64,000 nucleotides of DNA from Sporopachydermia quercuum (taxonomy: Eukaryota). Both the position numbers and the translations under genes were made by a program. Below, one piece after another: positions 44,768 through 57,656 of this stretch (position 1 is the first letter of the stretch; every line of letters begins with the position of its first letter). The notes beneath the pieces are model-generated. The model saw only the letters and a list, made by a program, of their open reading frames with translations, was not told the DNA's origin and searched no databases. The stretch spans positions 1,984,001 to 2,048,000 of the forward strand of contig BCGN01000002.1 in assembly GCA_001599295.1 (NCBI GenBank). Direction: 5' to 3'.

Positions 44768-45483
44768 GATCGTATTTGACTTCTTAGTTTTATAGATGAT
44801 AAATGATTCTTCAGCAATAGTAATAAGTGGGCATTTGATATTTGGTTTCACCTTGTGAAGATAGAACTAAATTTCAATCTTAGGGAATAGCTTACTTCTG
44901 GATTTGATCATTAGTTGATCCTATCTTACCGCGGCGGATTCACTATTGTTTTGGAATGTTTAGAAATGTTTACATTGTGAAACGTGACAGTTCATGTTGA
45001 GAATCGTATGCAGTTAATATGTATCATCATGTATCTTTGCATATTACTACAGAGACTGCAGAGACCTACATGAAAGTTTGGTGGGAATGAATTATGATTT
45101 CAGATCACATAATATTTATTCTACACTTTAAGACTGTGACTTGTGTTTCTAAACTAGGAAATATTGCTGGAAAAAAGGNAATATTGTGACTACTTATACA
45201 GTCTTAACCAAATTGTAGCGTATTTTTCATACCATTAGTATTATACTTAGCACTCTCAATTATTTTTCACGCCTATANCACAACCAAGCGAGTAGACTCC
45301 AGCTAACCTGAACGCAAGGTTGGGCCTGACGACAACTGACTTTGGAAGTATACTTGAATATTCGCTACTAGTTAGATACTCTCACCATTGAAACGTAGTA
45401 GAATTCACGTATTGTTGCGTAACTTGTATTGTTTGTAGATACTCAACAGCATCAATAATATACATCAACAAGTATTAGACAAA

Positions 45484-46273
45484 ATGGTATGTAACGAAAT
45501 ATCATTGCTTGGAAGAAAAGAGTCGACAATACACAGCAAAGAACAATGGAATGATTGACTATAATAGGAGTGAGCGGCAAACTANTTTTCTCAAGTAAAA
45601 TGAAATGAGGATCATGACAACAAGGATAAATCTATTTTATCATAAAATACAACTCTGAGATTTTTTTCTATGGTGTGCAATGTTTCTATCATAAAGCAAC
45701 ATTTGATCGTTCAATACAAGATAGAAAAATATTGAAATTCAACAACATTAGCACTGGATTCGAAGNTCAACCACGATTTTATGAGAACTATANTTTCATC
45801 GACACCGTAGTCATTTGTCTCTTGATTTAGATCTATCTTACTCATTATTGTATTATGCATTATACTAACGTGTTAAATAGAGTGACGCTATTACTATCCG
45901 TACCAGAAAGGTTATCAGCAACCCTCTCCTTGGCAGACGCCAAATGGTCATTGATGTTTTACATCCCAACAGAGCTAATGTCTCCAAGGATGAACTCAGA
46001 GAAACTTTAGCTTCCACCTACAAGACCGAAAAGGATGCTGTCTCTGTTTTCGGTTTCAGAACCCAATTTGGTGGTGGTAAGTCTACTGGTTTCGGTTTGA
46101 TCTACAACTCCGTTGAAGACTTGAAGAAATTCGAACCTGCTTATCGTTTAGTCAGATATGGTTTGGGCCAAAAGGTTGAAAAGCCTTCCAGACAACAAAG
46201 AAAACAAAGAAAGAACCGTGATAAGAAGGTTAGAGGCACCGGCAGAAGACAAAGCAAGAGAAATAGAGATTAA
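45484..46273 (+). CDS. RPS24: 40S ribosomal protein S24 (eS24), 131 aa; ATG exon 45484-45486, intron 45487-45880
   Basis: [36 protein letters not shown]...[31 protein letters not shown]. Confidence 0.98.
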
Positions 46274-47371
46274 GCGTAATATCAAGAGATTGGTTACAAG
46301 CATCAAGAGTATTTCAGTATGGTATATTGGACATTTCTTGGGTCTTATTCCTTATTAGGGGTTGTGATGTTACGGTGGTGAAGTGGAGTGGATTGAATGC
46401 ACAGTCCATGTAAATAGAAGTCAAGATATATACTCTTGGTTTTAATTACATTAATGGTTTTCAAATTGCTCATTTTGTATGTGTACGAATACAAACAATT
46501 AATTATGTTATTCGCAGAGACGTAAAATGTAAAGTGTTCGGTTTCAAGTCCTAAGAAAGCAGTCAAATTAAGCATATACAGAGTGTTCTCGATACATCAC
46601 GCGTTGCAAGTCAATGTTGCATGATCCCAACATCGTGATAAACAGAATGTAGTCAACGTAGAGTGATGAAAACCAGTGGGGAAATCAGTTAATTAAAGCT
46701 TTCATGCTTAGATGATGGTTAAATGAAGGAGGTTTGTTGTAGAAAAGAATGAATTCAGATTCTAGACTCTGAACATTAGCATTTCAACGTGCATAGCTAG
46801 ATAAATTTAATTTATGTCATGAAATAGATTTTTGNTGTTAGTATTGAATGAACCATTCTTTTTTATCGTTTTATTCATTCATTGTCGGAATGTTCACTAT
46901 ATTAGTTTCCTACTGCATGATGATATAGTGAAATGATAGTAAGCACATGCATGCGCATTTGAAAAGTCTCATTTCAATCCAGAACACATGAAAGACATCC
47001 TGATAAATCATTGCCAATTTCATTGAGATATAATCCAATTATATTCAATTCTACTTTCACGACCCCTAAAATTATTCTCAATTCTTTTTAACGCGTCATA
47101 TAAAATAAACCATTTGCCAANCCACCAGCCCATTATGTTCTGTGTAGTCTCTTGTCCCATATCCCATCAATATTTGCTAAGTGCTTACTTGAATGCACAT
47201 GATGCATATTATTCACTATACAGCAAACATCTACAAGCTCTTCTCTACTTGTTACACGAGGGTACATTCGTGGTATAATATAAATAAGTATAGAAATACA
47301 GTAGGCTTCTCATAAGATGGAATATAACAAACTATCGTAGTTAGAAGCTGGTAGAAATTCTATAGTCTACA

Positions 47372-48062
47372 ATGTTTGGGAAATTGTTTTATGGTAAGTT
47401 GCTCAGTATTGAATAGAGAGCTCCGGCTTCTGCAGACATATATCTATATCTAGATATATGGAAGGTAATTCTGATTGTGTCTGAATTGTGAATTTGAATG
47501 AGCAAGGGAATTTACACAAATGTTTAGTATTTTTTGAAGATGAATAATGTGTACTTGAATACGCAGACGTTCTAACCAAGTCTTTACTTTAGTTGCAATT
47601 CTGCTGATCAACTCGATTGCTATCTTGTCGGAAGACAGGTTTCTTAACAGAAGTATGTGCGAGAGAGTTTTGGTGTTGTGAATTAGAGTGTGATTGGCGT
47701 GTCTGATATGAACACATGACAGGAACAGTAACAACAGGGCATTTGATGTGCATAGTATTATTTTTTAAGCTCCTAGATATTAACGTTGCTGATGCATTTA
47801 GTTGGATGGGGAACAAGTTCTGGCCCATCATTTGTCCCACAAGAACAATCAATCAAAGGACGATTAGTTCATTTGATATCAGCTACTAGAACACTACTAA
47901 GAGGTATGGATATGAATATTATATTTACTCATTTATCTGATTATCCAATTATCTGATCATTTAATCTCAATTGTTGAGATGAAAGTATTAACGCAAGTTT
48001 GATTAGTTCCTTTAATAGCTATTAATACAATCGTGATGCTGTATGAACTAGTACTAGGTTGA
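47372..48062 (+). CDS. YOS1: ER-Golgi transport protein Yos1 (IER3IP1 homologue), 79 aa; exons 47372-47393, 47593-47652, 47802-47903, 48007-48062
   Basis: Spliced frame MFGKLFY-V-AILLINSIAILSEDRFLNR-I-GWG...SIKGRLVHLISATRTLLR-V-PLIAINTIVMLYELVLG*; 240 nt. Absent from the ORF track. Confidence 0.96.
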
Positions 48063-48970
48063 TTGATGATAAGAAATAAGGAAACAGAAAAGTAGGTTGA
48101 CAGGGGTTAATACATCAGGATGAACATTTCGGTTGTACCTTACAATAGATACGCATCAAACTATGGATCGGCTTATAATTATATATCGGCAGAATGTTAA
48201 AAGAAACACTATAGGACTCATCAAATTGATGACAACTTATGAGTTCCATCTCATATGANGCTGAGAATAAAACAGGAATAANGAAAAGGTGGAAAGTGCA
48301 TTTTTTTTTAAATAATTATTGACTTTGTTGAAATTGTTTGAATGGACATCAACAGATGTTGTAATTATATGGTAAGTATTATAATTATCAATAGCTGAAT
48401 TTACTTACAATCTATATGAAAGTATCAACATTAAAGCAAGAAGTACCTTTCTCCATTATTCGCGAAGAGTTTTAATAGTACTATTATAACCATAATCCTT
48501 AACCATGATCAGTTCTAGATTGAAAACTCTTACGATTCTTATACTACAAAATGTCCATCCATGTTGATTATGAAACCGAACTTCGAATCTGCCAGACTCT
48601 TTGCTCCTATCCAGAATTTCTTACCTTGAAGCAAATAAAATTAGATTTTCATATTATTATATTATATTGAATGCGCCACACCTATAAATTATATCCTATT
48701 TTACCTCAACAAAAATATGTATATATTGTTGACAACCTTGAAGCCCCTTTTCTACGAGTANTGGTTCTTTTTGGTGTACACAAGAAGCCACGAGACCATT
48801 AATTTTGAACCATTGTTAGTAAATATAAATAAAAAGAAAAGAGATAAAAAGAAAACCCTAGAATAAAATAAAAATAGAAACAACCTATTAAAATAGCCAT
48901 TCATTAAAAATAATAACCCGAAATTATCCGCACCATTCAATCCTGTTCAACACATCCATTCTCATCACTT

Positions 48971-51445
48971 TCATAATTGACATTGATTCATGACATTATC
49001 TTTTAGCCATAATATAACACTTTCATAACATAAGATAAACTGTCTCAAGGTTTGAACCATAGCAATACGCTGTCTTCTGAATTCATGAACCAGAGTGAAA
49101 ACCAAATCCAAATCTCCCCATAAAGGAAGCTCCTTTAAGATATTGATATCAATTTTACCACCATTTATTTTGATTTCCAAAAGCCTGTTGTTGAAAACAT
49201 CAATCAGAGTATCAACTGTACAGAAGGTACCGGTTCTTCCACAGCCAGCACTGCAATGAACAATCACAGGTGCTTCATCAGGGATGATATCGTTTTCGCT
49301 TGCATCTTTCTTCCGGTTATTCATAACTTTGTCTTTGTAATGACACAAAGCTAATAAATCATCTGGAGCAACAGTGGCACCTAAATCTGGCCATGAATCA
49401 TAATGGATCTGAACAACGATTTTACTCTCGTTTTCGTCAGAAGCAGAAGTGAGTCTTAGGACTCTTTTAATGATCTTAGTTTTGTTTTTACAATTAAGCT
49501 CAACAGTTTCTTCACTCATTTGATGAATATGCAACCTTTTGCCTTTCATGTCACCCCAATAATGATGGCATTTGATATAGCCACCTTCTCTTTCAGCAGT
49601 AAGATTTAAAATCACAGGAACGTCATGATTCCAAACAACCTTCCAAAAGTCTTCAACAGTCTCAGGCAGAGGACCTTGTGTGGCAATATATTTCTTCCCA
49701 CTGAGATGAGAGCCAATATAGCTAGCATTAATATAGTCATCACCAAACTGTTTAGAAGACCTTTCACAACCAGGTGTCATATTTGTAGGTTCAACCCTAA
49801 CTCTCGTGTTATCGTAAGGAAAAATGTCTTTATATCTGTTCTTCGTTCCTAATTCTACACCAGCAGAAATACTCACAAAGTCATCATTGGTGATTAGATC
49901 TCCACTAGTACTAAAAGCACGATCCCTGCTTAAAGCTGCTTGCAATCTAAGCTTTTCTGTCTTTTCAATATCGTAGAACTGATCAGATATGTACCTAGCT
50001 GCTTTACGATCCTTTCCATCATCTAGAGTTACCTTTTGGATCCATTGAGGATAATTACTAAGTTCTTCAGGAGTCAATTCCAAGCTTTTGATATCAATGT
50101 TTAATGATAAATCCACATAATGGTATTCTTCAGCTTGACGTATACTTCTCATGGCACAAGGTACAGCTTCCTTGCAGTTATCAGGTAATCGGAATCCACT
50201 CAAAATAGGAGTCATAGTACTGGATCTTCTCTCACCCGGCATAAACACGGTTTCGCCAACAGAAGTATGGAGAGTTTGACAAGACTTGTAGGAAGCTAAA
50301 TTAGAAGTATCAACGCCACGAGTAACAGTATTCGGGATGGACAATTCAATCAAGTCTGGAAAGTTTCCTTCCACTTCTTTGATACCACCTTCAAGGAAAA
50401 ACACGGTACCAGTCCAGTCACTGAAGTTAACGAATTTCAACGCTGTGAAATATAACGCTGTACTGACAGCACCAGCAGATTCCGAAGACTTATCGTATAA
50501 TATGACATCTACTGAATGTCCAAAATTTTCTATCACGGCTCTGTCTTCTTCTGGTAGGATTTCAAAGACCTTAGCCAAGTTATAACCAGGTCTTTTCAGT
50601 AAAGTAGAAGGAATACATATATTTAAAGCAGCCTTTATTCTCCCACTGCTATAATTACTGCATGATCTTACATCTACCAGTAAGAATTTCTTCTTCTGAT
50701 CGCCACTTGATCGGTTGATTTTATCGTTAAGATCCTTCGGGCTTATAGCTTTGACACTGGAAGGCATTTCGAACGTTGGTGATGATGGCACCACATTTCC
50801 AGGCATTCGTCTGGAGTCCATAGAAATGGTGGTTCCGATACTCAAGGATGAAGACCTCAGTTGCGCTGCGGGTGTTGGTAAATTCTTCGTACTTGCCTGA
50901 TTTACAATAGTGGTACCTCCTGTAGTTACTTTTGAGATATTCAGTCGGAGATTTCTTGGAGGGAGTCCAGCAACAGGAGAGTTTGACGAATTAGATGGCN
51001 TCTTGGACAAATTCACTCTTGACTCGTCATTATTTGAAGTAGAACCAAAAGGGCCTCTGAGATTAAATTGGTTGCCAGCCCATAAGTTTTGAGCAGCTGT
51101 AGATGTGCTGCTTGCTGACGTGCTGATGATGTTACTATTACTGCATGAACCTGTGCTGAGATTATTAATAGGAAATGTACTACCTCCAGAATGTGATATA
51201 GTAGAAGGAACTGAAGTATTTGTAAATCCAGCCAGTGGAAATTCCATAAATGATTCCGAATTTTCCTGTTGAGATATCCCTGGGCTTTTTATTTTTATAT
51301 TGTTGCTGAATGAGGCTGAGAATGAACCAGAATGTTCGCGCTTTGGTATGGCAAAATAACTCGTGGCTGAGCTTCCACCCGGAGTAACAAGACAGTTTCC
51401 AGGAGTNAGAGACTCAACCGAGCATGGCGAAGAGATTGAAGTCAT
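48971..51445 (-). CDS. PTP3: MAPK tyrosine phosphatase (rhodanese + PTP domains; PTP2/PTP3/Pyp1 family)
   Basis: DVR...IP STLLKRP rhodanese, KNRYKDIFPY, YINAS, TQGP, WPD loop, HCSAGCGRTG, MVQT..Q; follows RPS24-YOS1 as PTP3 does in S. cerevisiae. Confidence 0.9.
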   Translation of the reverse strand: MTSISSPCSVESXTPGNCLVTPGGSSATSYFAIPKREHSGSFSASFSNNIKIKSPGISQQENSESFMEFPLAGFTNTSVPSTISHSGGSTFPINNLSTGSCSNSNIISTSASSTSTAAQNLWAGNQFNLRGPFGSTSNNDESRVNLSKXPSNSSNSPVAGLPPRNLRLNISKVTTGGTTIVNQASTKNLPTPAAQLRSSSLSIGTTISMDSRRMPGNVVPSSPTFEMPSSVKAISPKDLNDKINRSSGDQKKKFLLVDVRSCSNYSSGRIKAALNICIPSTLLKRPGYNLAKVFEILPEEDRAVIENFGHSVDVILYDKSSESAGAVSTALYFTALKFVNFSDWTGTVFFLEGGIKEVEGNFPDLIELSIPNTVTRGVDTSNLASYKSCQTLHTSVGETVFMPGERRSSTMTPILSGFRLPDNCKEAVPCAMRSIRQAEEYHYVDLSLNIDIKSLELTPEELSNYPQWIQKVTLDDGKDRKAARYISDQFYDIEKTEKLRLQAALSRDRAFSTSGDLITNDDFVSISAGVELGTKNRYKDIFPYDNTRVRVEPTNMTPGCERSSKQFGDDYINASYIGSHLSGKKYIATQGPLPETVEDFWKVVWNHDVPVILNLTAEREGGYIKCHHYWGDMKGKRLHIHQMSEETVELNCKNKTKIIKRVLRLTSASDENESKIVVQIHYDSWPDLGATVAPDDLLALCHYKDKVMNNRKKDASENDIIPDEAPVIVHCSAGCGRTGTFCTVDTLIDVFNNRLLEIKINGGKIDINILKELPLWGDLDLVFTLVHEFRRQRIAMVQTLRQFILCYESVILWLKDNVMNQCQL

Positions 51446-54400
51446 ATTCTATAATTCATGTCCAAAAGAGATTACTTCTTCGAAGATTGAACTCCTGATT
51501 TTTGGGGTTGGGCCGCCGACCTTCTACTTGGTTTGATGTGTCTATATATAACTTCCTTCAACGAAACGACTAAGTTCTTATTGAATCGGTGTATCTGTAG
51601 TGATACAGTGCGATAACCTATTTCCCTAGTTAGTTAGATGTTTTTTTTGCAACTCCGTTTTGTTCTGTTGTTGTTCAAATATTGAGTCTTCTCCGAAAAA
51701 CGTGTATTGCATTGATTAGCTTTTATTTATTCTTTTAGCGAATCGTTTATCTCTATCATATTCTAATCGCCTGTATGGTAAGACCAAACTCTTTTAATTG
51801 AAAGAAATGTTTAAGAGGGAAGAAGAACAAAAAGAATGAGTGAGAATGTGTGTCTCTCTTATTTGTCAGATAGAAAAATGAAGTAACTGTTGGTTCCGAG
51901 ATATGTCAAACGGAGAATAGGAAATTTCAGGGTGAAAAAATGGTCCAGAACATGCCCATTGTATTGTATTCATAAAATCAAAGTTCAGAGTTAAATGCAA
52001 AATACAGATTGAAGTAGTTTAAAACCCGCTAGAACCCCAACTTTAATACACATCCGGTAAAAACTGTCTACCTTCCGTATGAAAGTGGAGAAATGTATAA
52101 TGACGGCATTTCACATTACATGCAAAAGATGATCATCACGCACTCTGTTCAGACTCTGGCATTGTGCGGGTATTATTATTAGGTGTAGTTGATGAGAAAT
52201 AGCGAAGGGTAGAGACTTGCCGTATCACATAGTTTGAATGTCTCAACCGCAAGGATGGGGGATAGTATAAAGGAACGTGTTGAACAGTTGTGATTAGGAG
52301 ACAAAAGGAAATTCGCCAGGTTGAGTGATTCGATGTTTCTGTGCCTGGCGATGGAACTAGTGCCAAAGTATGAATATTAGCTCATCGCATTGTTCTCCTA
52401 AACTCTGGTGAAAATAAATAAACTCTTAAACTATGGAAAAAAAAGTAGAAATGAAATAATTATGTAATTAAGAAATCATAACATCATAAAACGCACTATA
52501 TGTTGCCACAGGTGATTTGAATTTGAAGAGGAGCTGGATGTTTGAAATACTTACATTGAGAATATGATGCAAGCGGACCGGACCTATTGATAGAATCTCT
52601 GATGGCAATATTTGCGTATTTGCGTCAAATCAAGCCATAGCTGAGAAACACAGCTACTTGTAGAAAGAAGTTATCAGTAATACTATCTTCGTGGCAACGG
52701 TGTGTGATGATCATCTATTTTTTGAGATGGCATTTCAACCTGTTATATCTTTTTATCATCTCAGTTTGATAGACAACCAGCACAAGAAAGTTAATGTTTA
52801 AAGTGTCATATGCATCCAGGTGTAAAGTTATTGATATGCACAATGAAGTATATCAAAACCTTAACTTTATTATTAGAACCGATTATCGGGCCAACAAAAT
52901 GAACTTGCTTGATACCAGTATTTTCTATATGTTAGAGAGGAATGTATGGATTGATTTCTATTTATTAATAGGCAAGCGTATAGATGATAGTAGCTAGAGT
53001 AGAGATCTAATTATAGAAGCATTATATCGAAAAAGCTTTGTGAACAAATAGCTCAAGCAAGATTAGGTTGACAGAGTAGACGAAAGTGAATGAATCAGCT
53101 TCTATTTTTAGACACCGAATTGGAGTCATAGAGATAAACTCCCGAGAATGAAATGCCGATTCTGATTAAATGACTGATTATAAGTATAAGGCATTGCTAC
53201 AACTGAAGTATGATTAATCAAATTCTAGCATGTCTTTCGTGATGATTTGATGATTATTGAATGTTGGTACTGAATATTCGAGCCAAAGCAAAAGCTCCAG
53301 AACCAGTAGTGCATGCAGGCGACATGTATAGAAACAGATCGAGTAGAAAATGAACATGGAAGGAGGTTCGTCGCCCACATCTGTGGGCATGGTCCATTGA
53401 AAGATTTAGGAGGCCTTCAATAAACTGATCTGATTTTATATCAGCATTTTTGGTCTCATAATTTATGTTCGATGTACTCCTGTTATCCATCTGAAGGGGC
53501 ACTCACTGAGCCTTGGGATTACTGATTTGGACGATTTTTAGGATAATAACTAAATCTACAACTCTCTCAAACCTCCTATAGAGTAAACCTTGAACTGATC
53601 TAAGTACCAAGCCAATTTGTTTCAATAGAAAACTAGGTACATGTGTTCTTGTTTTAGCTTGCATCATGCTATTCCATGCCAACGGTCTGTACTCTATTAT
53701 GTTTCAAAGTATAAATCAAATCGTTATAGTTTATTACATCCTTCAGGCTACGCACCTGATTCTTCAGGCTTTTAATAAGTAAGAACGGTACTGATCATAG
53801 TAAGGCAAAGCATTAATCAGGAGAAACATTGTGAAACAATAAGACGATGTCTTGATTTGTCATTTGAACAAGTAGAATGGTGTTTCTGAGATTTCCGGAG
53901 AGTCCATGATGGAAAAAATAAGTTGCGTTTTCGATTTGGTTTATTATACCTGTGGAAATCAAATGGTGAATTAGCTGAATAGAATACTAACTTCTAGGAG
54001 AAAAGTTCTATGAACCAGCGTAATGTAGATATTATGATTTATTGTTCACGCGGTTAATAGAAGAACGAATGCTTTGATGACCGTGCCAAAAGAAAAGGAT
54101 TGAATCAGTTGTTTGTCTCCATAATACAAATCTCATCTCACAAGACCGGCATCCTGTTCCCCACCTTTTGGCTAGGTGATTCAATGCATATTCCTGTGAG
54201 TTAAGGTGTACGGAACTATCATCTCTGAACGCGTCTGCAAACTTTTTTGTCTTACAAATTAATCAAGATGAAAAGTTAATTTTCAACCAAATACTAGTCA
54301 CTTCCGCCAAGCAAGAAATCACACTGAGTCCTTGTTATCTTCACTTTATATGTTGGTCAAGCTACTTTTTTATGATAGAATCATGATTATAACAGAACAG

Positions 54401-56230
54401 GTCGTCCAGGTTGCCCAACTATTGTCACTGTTTTATGGAATTGAAAAGAGAATGAAGTAATACCAAATCTTTTCAGGGAGATCAATCAGAAGAAAATGAG
54501 CGAGATACCAGTTTCAATTTCATGAAGAATGGAAGTCAATTCTACCAAACTCCTTCTTGAGATTGTCCTAATGGGTAAGTCGTATGTATGTGTCGTGTCG
54601 TCTTTCCAAAGAATGAATAAGAATAATGTTTTAACTATACTATAGTTTAAACCTTATATGTTATATGAAACAGAAATATGTCCATATTGAGTAACCGTTT
54701 TACGAATCAGATAATTTAAGCTTCAATTTACGCATATGTCATATATAATACTTCCAACTTAATCATTTACCGAATTTCAGAAAGTCTAGAATTTAAAAAT
54801 AGTATTAAAGTATGGTGTAATTATTCTAGCAATAGCATGAAATTTAGAATTGAGAGGAAGTTGTTGAAAAGGAGACTTGAGAATCAAAATGAGCTATTAA
54901 ATGAATCTACCAATAAGGGTGATGCGAGTTTTTAATTAGTAAGGAACAGAAAGATATTTATGATTTAGTAACTCAAGAACTCTGAGGTCANTGTTCTGAA
55001 TCTGGAGTAAGCTATATGTCGGTAGCAATATATCTATATTTGAACTATGGAGTCAATTAATGTATAATACTCAATCATAGTTTGATAACTAAATGAATTA
55101 GTATCGGGAAGTTTCCGGATTTACCAATCATCATAGTATGTATAAGAACCCAAAGTTGAGTCCAGCATCTGTACAGTTTATTCAACAAGCTCTCAGAACA
55201 CTAAAAGAATAGAACACTGGAACAGCATGCATATGTGCATAGTTGAGTGAGTTTCTTTATATTGCCGTTTCATTTACAGATTATTATGGTTGAAATATAT
55301 GAACTAATTTCAAGAAGAATTTGGTTCCAATTCTCCGACCCAAATTCTAAACTGACTATCTATAAGATCCGTTCCTTTGATTGAAAATTGAATTCACCTG
55401 TAAGGCAAGTCAGTGGAATAATGAATTACGGCATTTAGCACATTGTCCAGCAAATGCTAAATCTGTGTATTGCTTCATGAAAAGGCCTTCTTCTTCGACA
55501 GTGAATCGGAAGGTGCTTTGCTTCCCTGTCCTTAATGGCTTAATTGAATATTTCTTGCATTGGCCTAATTTTTTTGAGAACTTCTTTACGTTCCATTAGT
55601 TAATCTTGGTATCTCCTTTCTCTTACAGTTGCATGATTAGTGCTACCAAAACTGTGTCTCGTACTTGAACTAAGCAAGCTCAATGCGTGTTTCGTTCGTA
55701 CCTCAACCGTAGATGCCTCAGATTAATTTGTCTCCTTGTACATGCTTCCTACACAACTGAATTTCATTGTTACCAATTGAACTAAGTAAGTGATAGCAGC
55801 TAAATATATAATTTCATCGCGTCTGATTTCGAGAATCAATTCTCTGGTGTATACATTATTTTAGAGTTGGAAGACTAATTAATCTTAAAATATTTGCGTT
55901 GGTGCTTAATTTTCGACGGCTGCTTGGTTTTCGATGTTCAGCATTTCTAACAGAGAGAATAAGATCAAAAATAAGTACTCTAGGATTTAATGATGGAATG
56001 GGCTTCAGAAACAAACTGTTATTGATTGTTGCCTCATGAAAAATAAAACGTGTTGAAGTTGAATCGGTTTTGTTTAACTAGTAAAAAGACCTTTCTTTGG
56101 ATGCAGGAGGCAACTCAATTTATGAAACAGCACTGATTAACAAATACGAGTCACTAACAAGTTACTACTATGTAAACTAGCCACTCTGGTTATTAATTTG
56201 CTAGTATATAACACTGAGACACTAATGTCC

Positions 56231-56437
56231 ATACTGTTCAACTGAAACAGTATTTCATTATCGATAATCCCAGTTAACTTGTTTTACTTTTCCTTTATTG
56301 TCCAATGAATAGACCATAAGTAAATAGAGTTAGACCTCATTATGTATAAACATGCATGGTGAGGTCTAAGACTGAGGTTTTCAAACCAACCTTAAGTGCC
56401 CTCAAGCAACTATCAATTTGGCATTTATTTGAGCACT
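56231..56437 (+). other. Cluster of stem-loops including an 18-bp hairpin (56330-56369); candidate structured ncRNA
   Basis: Pairings checked by hand; TATATAA near 56205. No Rfam family recognised. Confidence 0.3.
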
Positions 56438-57656
56438 CCCATACTTCGATGAAATTAAGGAAAGTTTAAAATTCATCCTAGCCTACCCCACACTTCAGGT
56501 CATTCTTAGATCAAATAGGCAGTCAAATACTAAGGTCAACGACTAGTGTCAGTTTGCGGGAGAGAGAGAATGAAGTTAGGTAGAACAAGGACCGAAAGAT
56601 AGTTTTACGTTTCGTGTATTTCTGAAATAGTTCAATGGCTTCGAATGACTATGATACAATACCTTATTGAGAAATCTGATATGTAATCGTTTCATTGAAC
56701 GGTTGTCTATAGTATCCGAGTTGTTGTTTCAATTCCTATATGAATATTGACTGCTGACCATCATAGTCATCGATCCATGTAATGTATTGCTTCTCTAAGG
56801 AACGAATTAATAAGCCAACTTGTACACTTAAGACATAGCCGAGATATGCCAGAATAATAGTTAGAATACTACAAACTGTGATGGACCTCTTCTCTTCCAG
56901 TCAGATCAGATCACTTCGAATCACTCTTTTCACTCTCATGTCTCAGGGTGACGATTTAGAATCACGTATTAATGCACTCGAGGAAAACTAGGAACAGCTT
57001 TTTGGATACTAATTAAGGAAACAACTGTTATCACCTTCCAATTCAGGAATTCCGTAATAACTATAAAGTTTTCCTCTTGTTAGTAGATCTTCTAATATTC
57101 ACTATGAAATCATCATAAATGTTGTTTGACACTTCGTTGGACACATGAGCGGAATTCCAGCTGAGAAACTAATGTAGTAGAAGTTTGACTTTTGTTGATT
57201 AACTGATGTTCATTTTGGTCCGAAACAGTTTACATCTAAAAATTTGAATTCACATTCACGTATTCTATATGGCGGAAAAGTAAGTTGATGTGGCACTCCT
57301 TTAGAAAGGACGTTAGTTTCATCGTTCGACACGTTTCGTTGCTATATTTCATTAGTGCCAGTCGTGCAATCCTTCTCTTTTCTTTCTCATCATAACTTCT
57401 TACTGTTGAGGTATATTATACGCAACTTCCATAAACTGGATTATTGATATGTATTATCTATCTCTTTTCTTCATAATTCATCATTTTAGGATTTGAATCT
57501 CGATCAAGCAAAATCAAGCAATATAGAATGAGGACATTTTTCATTTATATCAGATATTTATTTTCTATTCCGAAAAACCTGCCAGTCGAAATACGTTCTT
57601 TCCCCATCTCATTGCCCAAAAATATGGTCTCAATATACACATGCAGATATAAACTC

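Noticed and set aside
46663..46772. GTGATGA...CTGA C/D snoRNA-like pair downstream of RPS24, and a second pair at about 46917-47003
   Set aside because: No terminal stem, no clear D' box and no convincing rRNA-complementary guide; these short boxes are common in AT-rich DNA.
47450..47852. Minus-strand ORFs of 94 and 87 aa
   Set aside because: Antisense shadows of the spliced YOS1 gene.
56881..57012. Short coiled-coil-like ORF (MSQGDDLESRINALEEN*) resembling a gag start
   Set aside because: No LTR pair, primer-binding site or pol remnant found; too short to support.
51446..57656. Centromere or LTR element in the long intergenic regions
   Set aside because: No CDEI-II-III layout, long repeats or TG...CA LTR pair visible; cannot be tested without Hi-C or CENP-A data.
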